DNA of 64,000 nucleotides from Scenedesmus sp. PABB004 (taxonomy: Eukaryota): contig JABVCE010000011.1 in NCBI GenBank assembly GCA_014905635.1, positions 930,001 to 994,000 of the forward strand, given 5' to 3'. Numbering within the stretch: position 1 is the first letter of the stretch; the number at the start of each line of letters is the position of its first letter. The translations under genes and the position numbers were made by a program. The notes beneath the pieces were generated by a model. It worked only from the letters and a program-made list of their open reading frames with translations, did not search any database and had not been told where the DNA came from. Positions 27,592 through 40,463 of the stretch are shown piece by piece.

Positions 27592-29719
27592 TCACTCGCG
27601 CGCCGTCGCGCCCTCCCAGGCCAGGACGCCCATCTTGCGCGCCAGGCTCGCGCCCACCAGCGCGCGCCGCCGCGCGGCGACGAGCGACGCCGCGAGCGCG
27701 GCGCCGCGCGCGCCGCGCATGACGCCGTAGCGCGCCGCGTGCGCGCGGCCGGCCAGGCCCTCGGCCAGCCGCGCGTCGTCGCTGTCCGGGCCCGCGAGCG
27801 TGCGCAGCGCGTCGCTGTGCTTTAGCGCGAGCACCACGTGCACCTCGCTGCCGCGCGCGACGGCGTCGACCACCTCCAGCTGCTGGCCCAGCGCCTGGAC
27901 GTACAGGGCCAGCAGCTGGCGTTTGGTCAGCGGCCCCGCGTCGTCGCCGCCGCCGCCGAGGCCGCCAAGCGCCGCCGACAGCCAGCCGCCGCCACGCGAC
28001 TGCGCGCCGCGGTCGCCGCCGCCGCCGCTGCCGCTGCGGCGGCGCAGCGCGAGCCGCGCCGCGGCGGCCGCGCCCGCGGCCGCCATGAAGCGCGCGCCGC
28101 CGCTGCCGCCGCCGCCGCCGCCGGCTGCCTCGTCCAGCAGCGCCGCCTCGTCGACCGGCAGCTCCCCGCTCGAGAGCAGCAGCTCCAGCAGCTCCACCTG
28201 CAGCGCCATGAGCGGCTGCGCCGCGGCCGCCAGCCAGCGCGCCGCGAGCGCGGGCGACGCCGGCGCGCCCGACCAGTCTGCGCCGGCGACGCCCGGCGCC
28301 GCGTCGGCCGCGGCGGCCAGCACCTCGTCCACGCGCTGCGTGAGCTCGGCGAGCAGGCTGAGCTGGCGCTCGAGGCGGCGGCTGTCCGCCGCGGCCGCCT
28401 CCTGCACCGCGGCCGCGAGCTCCTCTGCCGCCGCGGCCGCCCCCGCGAGCAGCGCGTGCTGCCGCCGGCTCGGCCGCGGCGCGCGCGGCGCGCCCAGCGC
28501 GCCCAGCAGCGCGCGCAGCAGGCGCAGCGGGCCGCGGCTGCCCGCGGCGCCGCCGCCGCCGCCGCCGCCGCCCGCGGGGCGGTCCGGGTCGACCACGCCC
28601 AGGAGCGCGTTGTCCGCCGGGTAATAGACCGTCGGGAAGCTCGCCTGCTCCGCGAGGCAGCGCCCGCAGGTGCAGTGGAAGCCGTGCACGCCCGCGAGCC
28701 ACGCGCGCCGCGCCGCGACGGGCGCCCAGGCGCGGCGCCCGAGGTAGCTCGCGGTCAGCTCCTCGCCCGCGAGCACCGGCGCGGCGGCGCGCAGGAGCAG
28801 GAAGCGGCCGACGACGACGGCCACGGTGTTGGGCGCGCAGTCGTGGTTGAGCAGCGCGTACTCGGGCCACAGCCCCGCGACCGCCTCGGGCTGCAGCTCC
28901 CGCAGCAGCGCGGCGCCCGCGTCCTCCGAGGCCACTGCAAACGCGTTCTCCGCGACCGCCGCCGCGAGCGCGGCGCCGTCGAGCGGGCACGCGACCGACG
29001 GCGCGACCGACGGGCCGCCGCCGCCCTCGGCGGCGCCGCCGCTGGCCCCGGCCGCGTCGCCGCCGCGCAGCAGGCGGCGCAGCAGGGCGAGCTCCTCGCT
29101 CGGCCGCGGAGCGCCCGCCTCCTCCTGACGCTGCTCCGCCTGCTGCTGCCCGCCCTGCTCTGCCTCGCCCAGCTGGCCCTCGCCACCCACTCCCAGCGGC
29201 CGCTGCTGGCGGTGCAGCAGGCGCAGCCACGCCGCCGCGCTCGGCGGCATCTGCTGCCCCGCCTCGGCGACCAGCTGCTCGTTGCTCGGCGCGCTGCCGG
29301 CGCGGCCAAACGCGACCGCCAGCGGGGCCACGACCAGCAGCAGCGCGCCCACGGCCAGGTTCTCGGTCGCCACCAGCCCGTAGCGCTTGCCTGCGCGGCG
29401 GCGGCGGCGGGCGCCGGCAGCGGCGGCGGCAGCGGCGACCGTCGGCGACGCGCCGGCGCGGCTGGGGCCCAGCGCGGCGCAGCGACGCGCCTGGGACCTC
29501 CAAGACATCCACAGGCCCCACATAGCGCTCCGGCGCGAACGAGCGCCGCGTCAGCAGTTCGTGCACCTCCGCGTCCGCCGCTGCTGCCGCGGCCGCGGCC
29601 GCCGTTGCCGCGCCGGCAGCGGCCCGCGCCGTGCAGCGGCGCCCGGCGTTGTGGCGACGCCACCCTGGTACTGGCCGCCCAGCCGCTGGCCGCGCGGGGC
29701 GGGCGCGATGCAGCTGCAT
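27592..29719 (-). CDS. SET-domain lysine methyltransferase (SMYD-like), 2 exons, probable transit peptide
   Basis: G|KRYGLVAT, GLWPEYALLNHDCAPN, GEELTASY, post-SET FHCTCGRC. Confidence 0.88.
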
Positions 29720-29893
29720 CGCGCGCCGCGGCGCGCGAGAGGCGGCGGTCGCGGCCGGCTGCGCCTGCGGCGGCTCGCGAGGCAGCAGGCGGCGGCTGCC
29801 CCGCTGGCCCTCCTGCATCGGCCAGCGTCACACAGGGCTCCGAGCGCAAACCCTCGTGGCGCCCGGACGGGGTTCTGCGTGCGCCTCGGCCGG

Positions 29894-29898
29894 TTACA
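29894..29898 (-). promoter_or_regulatory. TGTAA polyadenylation signal (HCP)
   Basis: TTACA on +, about 360 bp after the HCP stop codon. Confidence 0.6.
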
Positions 29899-30254
29899 GG
29901 TGACGAACGAACGACGCGAGAGCACGGCGCTCTCTCTCGGGGGCGACAAAATGGATGCGGGCTAGGTGCGGCGCGCGCGGGCCGCGGCGGCCGCTGCAAG
30001 GAGGGCTCGTGGTGGGGTGGCGCCCTGCGGCCACACACAAAGACAGACGAACAGATCAGGCGTGCACTGCCAAACGCGCAGCAGGAGGGCTGCTTATCGA
30101 GCGGCAAGCTGCCTCCACCACCGGTACCGCCGCCGCCGCCCCTGGGCGGCGGCTGGGCGCGATCCAGCCAGTGCGAGTGTGGGACCGAGCGGGCAAACAG
30201 ACCCCTCCCCGTGTGCGGTCAATCCCGCGCAAGCCCCGTGGCCCCGCCGTGAGC

Positions 30255-33200
30255 TCAGTGGCCGGCCATCATCGCGGCGACCTCGCTGGCGGCGTGCTTG
30301 GTGTCCGCGGCCTTGAGGTTGAACTTTGACACGAGCAGGTCGATCATCGCAGGCGTCGCAAACGCGGGCAGCTGCGGACCCAGCCTGCGTGCGCGCGGGG
30401 CGCGGCGCGGCGGCGGGTGGGGCGCGTGAGCCCGCGCGCGCGCGCGGCGCGGGGCCGGGCGCGCTGGGCGCGGCCCGCGCGCCCGGCCCCCGGCCTGGCC
30501 TGGACTGGACTGGCCGCCGCCGCCGCCGCTGCGGCGCACCTGATGTTCTTGATGCCGAGGTGGAGCAGTGTGAGCAGGACTGGGGGGGGGGGGGGGCGCG
30601 TGGGACAAAGGCGCGCGCGCAGGCTGGCTGTCGCGGCTGCAGGCGCAGCACGCGCGGCGCGCGGCGCGTCCGCGCGCGCGCACCGGCCACGGCCTTCTGC
30701 TCAAACCAGCTGATGTCGAGGCTGAGCGGCAGGCTGTTGACGTCAGTGTTGAGCGCCTTGGCCAGCTCCGTCGCGACGACGAGCGCGCTGAAAGCGTCGT
30801 TGCACTGCGGGCGCACGCGGCGGCGTGAGCGCGGCGCGGCCGCGGGGCGCGTGCGGGCGGCGCGCGCAGGCCACGGCGGCGGCGCGCGCCCACCTGACCC
30901 ATGTCGAGCATGCGGGGCAGGCCGCTGGGCAGGGTGCCGAGGTCCTGGTCGTAGAAGCGGTACTTGCCGCTGTGCGTGTGCGTGTGTGTGTGTGGGGGGG
31001 GGGGGATGAGAGGGCGGTGAGGAGGCGTGAGAGGAGGAGGCGCGGCGCGGCGCGGCGGCGGGCGGCGGAGCTGCGGCGCGGCGGCAGCGCGGGGCGCACC
31101 AGCCGAGCGTGAGCACCATCGTGTCCTTGGGCAGCCCCGCGACGACGTCGGTGTAGTAGCGCCGGCTCGGCTCGCCGGCGTCGCAGCCGCCGACCAGGAA
31201 GATGTGCGACAGCTCGCCGCTCGCGACCGCGTCCAGAACCGCGCCTGCAGACGCGCGCGCGGGGGCGTGACCGTCGGCGTGCGGGGGCGGGCGCGGGCGT
31301 GACCGGCGGCGTGCGCGGGCGGCGTGCGCGGGCGGCGTGCGCGGGCGGCGGCGCCGCAAGTCGCGCACGCGCGCGCGGGGCACAGCCGCGGCGTGCACCT
31401 GCGGCACCGAGCGTGGCCTTGTGGCCAAAGCCGACGGTGACGAACTTGGGCTCGGGCTCGTGCGTGAAGCCGGGCATCTCGAGCGCCTTGGCGATGACGG
31501 CGCTAAAGTCCTTCTTGGCGAGGTGCGCGCTCGCCGACACGCCGACCTCGCCCGTCGTGAAGAGCCGGTCGGCGTAGCTCGGCGACGGGTCCATGATGCA
31601 GCTGCGGGCGAGGTGCGCGGCGCGGCGCGGCGGGCCGCGTGGGCGGGCGCGGCGCGGAGCGCTGCGCACCCCCTGCTGCGCGCCCCCTGCTGCGCGGCGC
31701 GGGCTCCGCCCCGCTCACTTGGTGGTCATGAGGATCGCGCCGGGGAACTCGGCGAAGTCGCGCTTCTGCCGGTACCACGCGCCGCCGTAGTTGCCGACCA
31801 GGTGCGGGCGCTGCAGCGCGGGGTAGCCGTGCCCGGGCAGCATCTCGCCGTGGGTGTACACGTTGACGCCCTGACCCCGGCGCGCGGGCGGGCGCAGGGG
31901 CGCGGGCGCGGGGCAGGGCGCGTGGGCCGCCGCGGCGCGCAGCCGGGATGCGGCAGGGCGCGGCACAGCGCGTGCGCGGCCCTGGCTGGCTGCGCCAGCG
32001 CTGGGACAGCGCCGCGGCGGCGCACCGTGCCCTCGGTCTGCGCCAGCAGGTCCTCCAGGTCGTGCATGTCGTGCCCCGAGATCAGGATGGCCTTGCCCAC
32101 CACGGGCGTGATGCGCACCTGCGTCGGCGTCGGGTGCCCGTACCTACCAGCGGCGGCGCGGCGCAGCGGGGCGCGGGTGGTCAACAGGCACTCGCCGCCG
32201 GCTGGCACGGGTGCCCACCCAGGCGCGGCGCGCAGGCGCGTCGGCGCGACGCCGCGCGCGGGCGCAAGCACCGGCCGGTGTGGCCCCTGTCCAGCATGGC
32301 CATGACGGCAAAGTTGGTCTCGCCGAGCCGCATGCACATCCCCAGCACCGCGTCCGCGTCGGCCGCCGCCTCGCTCGCCAGGAAGGCCAGCACCTGCGCG
32401 CGCGCACACACGGAGCGCGGCGGGGCGTGGGCGGCGGCGCGCGCGGCGGGGCGGCAGGGCGGCGGGCGCGGCGCGGCGCGCGGCGGCCTCGTGCCCCGCG
32501 GCGCCGCACCTCCTCAAACGTGTCGTCCAGGCTGGCGTCCACCTCGCCGAGCATCTCGGCGTGGTGCGCGTAGGCGGCGACGCCCTTCAGGCCGTACGTG
32601 AGCAGCTCGTGGAGGCCGAGGAGCGTGGCGGCGTCGGGCCCCATCGCGTCGCGGCGGTGCAGCAGCGACACCTGCTCGCCGAGCGCCTCCAGCGTCTCGG
32701 CGTTGATGGGCTGCCCGCGCATCGCCGCGCGGAGGTCAAAGTCGAGCGGGCTGCCCTGCAGGTCGAACCAGGGCAGCGGCGCCGCGACGGGCCGCCCGCG
32801 CACGCCCGCCGCGGCGAGCTGGGCGCGCACGCCGCGCGCGTGGTCGTCGGCGGTGGTGATGTAGTCGACGAAGCGCTCGGGGTCGAAGTTGACCTGCGCG
32901 CGGGGCGTGCCGGCGAGTCAGAGAGTCGGCGACTCGGGGCGCGCGCGCGACGGGCAGAGACCGACACGCGGAGCGCGCGCGCGCGCCCACGCGCGGGGGA
33001 CGCGGCGGGGCGCACGTTGGTGAGCGTGGAGAAGATGGCGGCCTTGACAAAGGAGTCGAGCTCGGGCGTCGCGACGCCGGCCTGGTGCGCAAACGTCGCC
33101 CACGCGCCGAGGCCCTTGAGCTGATAGATGAGCAGGTCCTGCAGGATGGCCACCTGCGCGGTCTTGCCGCAGACGCCGATCTTGGTGCAGCCGGTGTTGC

Positions 33201-33541
33201 CCTTGGTCTGCTCGCACTGCAAAGCGGCGGGAGCGGGCGGGAGGCGGGGAGAGGGCGTGAGCGGCGCGGGCGCAGAGCGGCGGCGCGACGCCTCCAGCGC
33301 ACGCGGCCCGCAGGCGCGGCGCTGCGCTGCGCGCGGCGCGGACCTGGTAGCAGAACATGGCCTCGTCGGCGGGCGCCGGCGCGGGCGCAGCGTCGGTCTG
33401 GTAGCGCGTGCGCGTCGCGGTGCGGGCCGGCGCGCGGGAAAGGCCCGCCACGCCGCGCGGGTGCACGGGCGCGCGCCGCGCGGCGCGCGACGACCCGACG
33501 CCGGCACCCAGGCAGCGGCTGGCGTGCAGGGCGGCCTGCAT
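30255..33541 (-). CDS. HCP: Hybrid cluster protein (prismane/hydroxylamine reductase) with organelle transit peptide
   Basis: [72 protein letters not shown]. Confidence 0.97.
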
Positions 33542-34299
33542 GGCGACGGCTGCCGCACTCCGGGACGGACGCCGACAGCAGCAGTCGCGGGCGGCGTGGG
33601 AGGGCGTGGGTCGCGTGCGTGGGCGTGGAGGGCTGCTGAGCGTGAGCTCGCTGAGTGTCCAGGGCCGGCGGCGGGCGCTGCTTTATGCCGGCGCGCGCTC
33701 CCGGAGCGGGGCACCATGTCAAGTCGACGTGCCGGTGGCCCCTTGGCGGCCACGTGGCGCGCCAAAGCGCGGCGCGCGCAGCTCGACGCCCCGCAGGCAC
33801 CACCGAGACGCCAAACCGAGCGCGCCAGGCCGCGCGGTGCCCCGCCGCCGGTGAGTCGCGCCGCGGCCCGGGGGCGGCGCTGCAGCCGCCGGCCCCACAG
33901 CAGCTGCGGCAGCAGTGCGTGTTGCATGTGCAAGTGAGTGAGCAGGCGAGGAGCCACATCCTCAGGCGCAGCCGCAGTGCTTCCAATGTTTGCGGCCCGC
34001 CGCGCCGGGCCGCGCGCGCGCGCCAGTCCTGCACGCGTGCTGGCGGGCGCTTGCGGCGCCACCAAGGAATCGGGTCTCTCGAGGTTCAGTGCATGACAGA
34101 GTCGGCCGGAGACACCCACGCTGCCGTTGCCCCAGCGTGCGTTACCCCAGCGCTGCAGCCGCCCACCGCCACCCCAAAGCCCGGTCGTCACTCCCGCCGG
34201 TGCAGCGCGGCGGCGGCGGCGAGGTCGGCGCGCACGCGGCGCAGCGCGAGCGCCGCGAGCAGCGGCACCCAGCCCACCACCGGCGACAGCAGCAGCGCG
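33302..34299. repeat. Left arm (donor) of a ~1-kb inverted repeat
   Basis: Reverse complement of 37661-38656, with fewer than about 10 differences seen by eye. Confidence 0.97.
33681..33687 (-). promoter_or_regulatory. TATA-like element (CATAAAG) upstream of HCP, duplicated on + at 38271
   Basis: Short AT-rich motif about 140 bp upstream of the HCP ATG in a very GC-rich context. Confidence 0.4.
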
Positions 34300-37200
34300 G
34301 GCGCGCCGTACGCGCCGCCGAGGCGGCAGCAGGCTTTGACCCATATGAAGCTCAGCGCTGCCGCCGCCGCGAGCAGGTGCAGCGGCAGGCCCAGCAGCGC
34401 GCGGGCGCCGCGCGACCGCGCGGCGGCACCGCGCGCCGCCAGTCCCAGCACGGCGCCGCGCGGGGGCCGGGGCCGGGCCGCCGTGGCCAGCAGCGCCGCC
34501 GCCTCTGCGGCGCCGCCGCCGGCCTCGTCCAGGGAGTTCGGCCGGCCCGAGCTGGCGGTGCGGCTGAGGCCGCCCGTGCCGACGGCGGCCGAGAGCTCCA
34601 GCGAGTCGTGGCGCCGCAGCAGCTGCACCTCGAGGCTCGCTGCCACCGTGCTGCGCGTGCGCGCCACCGCCGCGTCCTGCACGGCGCCGGCGGCAAAGGC
34701 GCTGCCGCCGTCGTCGCCGGTGTCGGACGCCCGGCACGCCGGCCGGCCGGGCACGCCCTTTGCGACCGGCGGCAGCGGCGACGCGCCCAGGCCCGCGCTG
34801 CCGGCGCGGAGCCCTGCAGCCTCGGCGTGCCAGTGCGCCGTGACCAGGCCGAGCCAGAGCGTAAGCGGCGCCAGGATCATGCAGGCCATCAGAGAGCTCA
34901 GCAAGAGCGGGTCGGGCGTCGGCAGCCACACCCACGCGAGGCCGCCGCCGAGCGCCGCGCCGGCGTCGGCCAGCGCGCCGGGCGCGCCAAAGAGCCAATC
35001 CCGCGACAGCCCTGCCGGCAGCGGGAGCAGCAGGCCGCTGTGGAACCAGAGGCCGACGCCCGACGCGCTGCTGAACTGGGCGCAAAACCAGGGCCCGACA
35101 GCCGTCCATGCGCTGTGCGCCAGCAGGCCCGCCCAGACTGCGGGGTGGTGCGCCGCGAGCGTCGCCATGGCCACGGCCGGCGCAAGGAGGAAGCCGCGCA
35201 GCGCCCGGCCCGCCGCGGCCGCGAGCGCGAGCGGCGAAAGCGCGGAGCGCAGCGTGGCCGCCCGGGTCGCCGCCGCGTTGACCTCCGCCAGCTCCGCGGC
35301 CGCCGACTGCTGCGTGCGCAACAGCCGCACGCCGCTGGGGGCGCTCCGGATGCCCCCGGCGCTCGCGCCGAGCAGCCGGTGCGCCAACAGCCTGCGTGCG
35401 GGCGCGTGGCGGGTGGCGTGCAGCACGTCAGGTGCACGTCAGCTGCACGTCAGGTCGGCCAGGCGCGGGGCCGCGCGCGCGCGCGCAGGGCCGCACGCCC
35501 GTCGCGCGCGCCGCCGACGCCGCCGCCGCCCGTGCCCACCGTGGCAGCAGCAGCAGGCCCACCGCCTGGGCCAGCCACGACGAGAAGAAGAGCTGGCGGG
35601 CGAACGCCACGCCGTCAAACCAGATCAGCCACCGCTCGGGCGCGCTCGACGGGAGCGGCAGGTGGCCCCCGCCCGCCGGGCGCGCCAGCCTGACCCGGCG
35701 CAGCTCGCTCGTCGACGCGCCGCCGGCGCCGTCGATCACGGTGACCTTCAGGTGCAGCACGCCGCCGCCGCAGCGCGCCAGCTCGTCCGGCGCCAGGCGC
35801 GCGAGCGCCCCGAAGACCTGGGGCCGCTCCAGCGCGAAGGGCGGCGCCGAGCCGCCGCCCGCGGCGCCGCCGCCCGGCGGCGCGCCGACCGGTGCCATCG
35901 GCGCCTGGCCGCTCGCGCGGCCGACGTCGGCGCCGTCGCAGCCCCAGCGCAGCGTCACGCTGGCGAGCTCGCCCGCGCCCGCGCTCGCGTCGCCGCGCAG
36001 GCGCAGCGGCACGACGAGCGCGCGCACGGGCATCACGGCGCCGCCGTCCCCGGCGTCTGCGACCGCGCTGGCCGCCGCCGCCGCTGCGGCCGTCAGGGGA
36101 CTGAACGCGCCGTCGGCCGGGCTCGTCAGCAGGACCACGTGCTGCCCCACCACGCGGCTCGGGTCGAGCGACGCCACTGTGTACGAGTAGCGCGCGCCGC
36201 CGCGGGGCGCTCGCGGCGCGTCGCCGCCGCCGGCGCCCGCCAGCGCCGCGGCGGCGGGCGAGCGGCGCGCGTCGTCGGCGGGGTCGAAGCACTCACCGCC
36301 GTCGGCGGCGGCGCACGGCGCGCGGCGGAAGGTGAGGTCGGCAAAGCTCAGCACGCCGCCGTCCGCAGCGAGGAGCCGCCACCGCCGCGCCGCCTTCCAG
36401 TCGGCCGCCTCCAGGTCGGCCAGGAAGGCCGCCGGGGCGCCGCCGCGGGCGCCGCGCTTGGCGTGCATGTTGAACAGGCGTGGCCCGGGCGCGTGGAGGT
36501 GGCCCGAGAGGTGGGCGGACACGTCGTGCGCGGCGAGCACCTCCCGCACCGCCCGCCCGCCCTCCGCTGCGCCGGCGCGCGCGCCGTACGAGGCCGCGAC
36601 CGATGAGAGCGTGTGGTGGCTGTAGCTGACCACCGGCGTGGCCGAGGCGCAGCCCGGCGGCAGCGCGCCCGCCGCCGGCGCGCCGCGCTCGCCGCGGCCG
36701 CGGCCGCCGCGCAGCGCCGCGAGCTGGGCCGCCAGGCGCTCGATGAGGTCGGCGCCGGCGACGCCCAAAAAGTTGGTGGGGCCGTGGAGCCCGAGGTTGG
36801 GCGAGACGTCAATGCCCAGCAGCACCACCGCGGGGCAGGCCGGCGCGGCGGGGCCGCCGCGGCGCAGCCGGCGCCCGGCGCTGCCCGGCGCGGCCGCGGC
36901 GGCGGGGACCACCAGCTGCGCCGGCAGCGCCGTCGCCCACACGCGCCGGCTGGCGGCCGCCGCGGCGCCGTGCGCTGCGGCCGTGGCAGAGTGCTTCACA
37001 AACAGGTCTTGCGCCGTGCCGCGCAGCGTGTCAAAGGAGCCGTGGTTGCCCCGCAGGTCGATCACCAACGATGGCGGCAGCCCCGCGGCCTGCGCCAGCT
37101 CCCGCCACGCCGCCTCGTACGCCTGGGCGGCGGCCGCGGCACGCAGCGTGAGCGCGGCCTCGCGCGCGCACGCGCGCTGCCAGGCGCGCAGCTGGCTCCC

Positions 37201-37627
37201 GGCACACCTTCCACTCGACCTCGTGCTGCTGGCTGCCCTCCAGGCGCGTTTTCGCGTCGACCAGGTCGCCGGTGAGCAGCAGGGCGGCCGGGGCGGCGGG
37301 CCCGGCGACGGCGTGCGCGAAGGCCGAGAGGTCGGGCGCGATCTCGGGGTGGAAAAAGCGGGAGATGTGAAGATCGGTGACCTGTATGAACCAGGTCACG
37401 CCTGTGCGCGGCGGCAGCAGCGCCGCCGGGCGTGAGCAGCGACCGGAGCGCGGGCTGCCTGGGCTGACGGCAGCCAGCGGCCCTTCCGCGTTCGCTGCGC
37501 GCCCTGGCGGGGCGTGGCGAGGCCCCACGGCACACCGACCTGCCCCGGCGTCGGCCGCTGCTGCTGCCCCCGCCGCCGCCGCCAGGAGCAGCAGCAGCAG
37601 GCCCAGCGGGCTGGCCTGGCCGCTCAT
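34188..37627 (-). CDS. Metallophosphoesterase with C-terminal transmembrane region (TMEM62-like)
   Basis: Signal peptide, WFIQVTDLHIS, LLLTGDLVDAK, DLRGNHGSF, HLSGHLH, DLEAADWK..RWRLLA, hydrophobic C-terminus. Confidence 0.85.
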
Positions 37628-37660
37628 GATTGCGTCACCCGAGCATGTCGTCCAGCGCCG

Positions 37661-38656
37661 CGCGCTGCTGCTGTCGCGGTGGTGGGGTGGGTGCCGCTGC
37701 TCGCGGCGCTCGCGCTGCGCCGCGTGCGCGCCGACCTCGCCGCCGCCGCCGCGCTGCACCGGCGGGAGTGACGACCGGGCTTGGGGTGGCGGCGGGCGGC
37801 TGCAGCGCTGGGGCAACGCACGCTGGGGCAACGGCAGCGTGGGTGTCTCCGGCCGACTCTGTCATGCACTGAACCTCGAGAGACCCGATTCCTTGGTGGC
37901 GCCGCAAGCGCCCGCCAGCACGCGTGCAGGACTGGCGCGCGCGCGCGGCCCGGCGCGGCGGGCCGCAAACATTGGAAGCACTGCGGCTGCGCCTGAGGAT
38001 GTGGCTCCTCGCCTGCTCACTCACTTGCACATGCAACACGCACTGCTGCCGCAGCTGCTGTGGGGCCGGCGGCTGCAGCGCCGCCCCCGGGCCGCGGCGC
38101 GACTCACCGGCGGCGGGGCACCGCGCGGCCTGGCGCGCTCGGTTTGGCGTCTCGGTGGTGCCTGCGGGGCGTCGAGCTGCGCGCGCCGCGCTTTGGCGCG
38201 CCACGTGGCCGCCAAGGGGCCACCGGCACGTCCACTTGACATGGTGCCCCGCTCCGGGAGCGCGCGCCGGCATAAAGCAGCGCCCGCCGCCGGCCCTGGA
38301 CACTCAGCGAGCTCACGCTCAGCAGCCCTCCACGCCCACGCACGCGACCCACGCCCTCCCACGCCGCCCGCGACTGCTGCTGTCGGTGTCCGTCCCGGAG
38401 TGCGGCAGCCGTCGCCATGCAGGCCGCCCTGCACGCCAGCCGCTGCCTGGGTGCCGGCGTCGGGTCGTCGCGCGCCGCGCAGCGCGCGCCCGTGCACCCG
38501 CGCGGCGTGGCGGGCCTTTCCCGCGCGCCGGCCCGCACCGCGACGCGCACGCGCTACCAGACCGACGCTGCGCCCGCGCCGGCGCCCGCCGACGAGGCCA
38601 TGTTCTGCTACCAGGTCCGCGCCGCGCGCAGCGCAGCGCCGCGCCTGCGGGCCGCG
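37661..38656. repeat. Right arm (inserted copy) of the ~1-kb inverted repeat
   Basis: Inverted copy of 33302-34299. GCCGCG at 37657-37662 and 38651-38656. Confidence 0.97.
38417..38614 (+). pseudogene. Orphan copy of HCP exon 1 (transit peptide to MFCYQ) with promoter and intact donor site
   Basis: Translation equals HCP exon 1 except for one R>Q change. Homology stops 42 bp into intron 1. Confidence 0.9.
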
Positions 38657-39205
38657 GGTTCGCGCTCGGGGCCTTGCGTGACTTGGCCGCAGCTGGCCCA
38701 TGCAGGGCGGCCAGCGGGGCCAGCCGCCGCAGCCTCTTGCGCAAAGACGGCGGCAGCGGATGCGGACGAGGGAGCGTGTTACATTGTCAAAGGAATTCCA
38801 GCCAGAACAGCTCTTGTCGCCCGGGTCTGCGCGGCAGGCGGGCCACCCGCGAGCTGCTCGCGCGGCCGCCTGCACTGCATGTTGCCGGCTACCCACAGCC
38901 TGGTTGGTGCCGCCGCCCCCACGGGGCGCGCACGCGCCCGGCGGGCCCGCCGCCGTCTGTGCAGGCGGGCACCCGGGCGCGTGCGCTGTCAGCCCCTGCG
39001 CTGCGCAGAGCTGCGCGCGCCTAAAAGCCTAGCTACGCACACGGACCGACAAAATCGTTTCGGCGCACTCGAGCGTGCGGTGCCGTGGTCGTTTGCTCGC
39101 GCGCAGGCACCTGGCCGCGGGCGGCACGTGGGGCCAGGGGCGCGGCGAGCGCCCCAGCCCTGCACCCGTGCGCCCGCCGGCCGTGCGGTGGCGCGACGCC
39201 GCTCA

Positions 39206-40463
39206 TCAGCCTGCGGGCGGGGCGGCGCGGGGCGGCGGGGGTCGGTCGGCGAGTGCGCTGCCAGGGCCCCGTCGCGGCGGCCCCGCCCGCTGCCGGCGCT
39301 GCGACCGGGGGGCGCCGCGCGCGGTGTACTCACTGCACACGCCCTTGGCCGCGTTGGGCGACGTGCCGAGCTCGCAGGGCATGCAGAAGCTGCCGCCGAT
39401 GATGCCGCCGACCGAGACCGTCGCGCCCTTGCACGCGCCGCACACGAGCGCCTGCCCGCGCGCGGTCAGCGACGCCGCCGCCGCCGCGGGCGGCGCGCCC
39501 GCGCCGTCGGTCGACGCGAACGACGCGGCCGGCCGCTCCGCGAGCGGCTCGCTGATGAGGATGGCGGCCCTGCTCGACCGCACGTCGTAGCCCTGGGCCC
39601 GCATGAAGGTCTCAAAGCGCCGCCGCCGCGCGGGCTGCGCGAGGCGCTGCGCCGGCACGGGGTCCTGCGGCCCCGCGCGCGCGCTGCGCGCGCGCGGCGC
39701 CGGCGCCGCCTCGGCAAAGCTCGCGCTCGCCGTGCCGACGCCCGCCGCGCTCGCCGCGCCCTTCTCCTGCTTGTCCGCCGCGCCGGCCGCGCGGGCGGGG
39801 TCCTTGCCGTTGGCGGTGCCGAACGGCGTCGCGTCCGACGTGCCGGTCGGCAGCCGCGGCGGCTCAAACGTCTCCACCGCGATCAGCGTGCCGTTGGCAA
39901 ACGCGGTGCCGTGCCCGGCGGCGCAGTCTGACGGAGGGGGCGCGGCGGGCGGGCATGTCGGCGGCTGCGGCGAGAGCGACTGCCGCCGGCGCCGCGCGCG
40001 CCGCCCGCGCGCGCCGCCCGCGCGCCCGCGCCGCCCCGCCGCGCAGCTCACCGCAGTTCTCCATGTCGCTGTTGAACACGTAGTGCGGCGCCTTGCAGCG
40101 CGTGCAGCGCACCACGGCCTCGCCGCCCGCCGCCGCAGCGCCGCCGGCGCCCGGGAACTGCGCGCCCGGCGCGAGCGGCGCCTTCTCCTCGTAGCACACG
40201 GAGCAGCCCGGGATCTGCTGGTTGCACCAGGCTGCGGGCGCGGCGGCGGCGCGGGGCGGGGGCGGGGGCGGCGCGCGGCGGTGGCAGGCCGCCGGCGGCG
40301 CGCGGCGGCAGCGGCGGCGGCGGCGCGCACCTGCGGCGCGCTTGACGCGCTGCTGCGCCTGCGGCAGCTTCCGCGACTGTGCCGGCCCGGCACCGCCCGC
40401 CGCGTCGATCAGCGCGGGCGCCAGCAGCAGCGCCAGGCCGAGCGCGGCCAGGGCGCCTGGCAT
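39206..40463 (-). CDS. Secreted Cys-rich protein of unknown function, 4 exons
   Basis: Signal peptide MPGALAALGLALLLA. WCNQQIPGCSVC, CTRC, C|DC, CGACK..CMPC..C. TGTAA on - at 38779-38783. Confidence 0.75.

Noticed and set aside
30255..33541. HCP as a novel horizontal transfer or bacterial contamination
   Set aside because: It has introns and a transit peptide, and HCPs are already known in green algae.
33302..38656. Foldback or Mutator-like transposon with long TIRs
   Set aside because: The arms are host gene sequence, there is no target duplication outside the pair, and no transposase is present.
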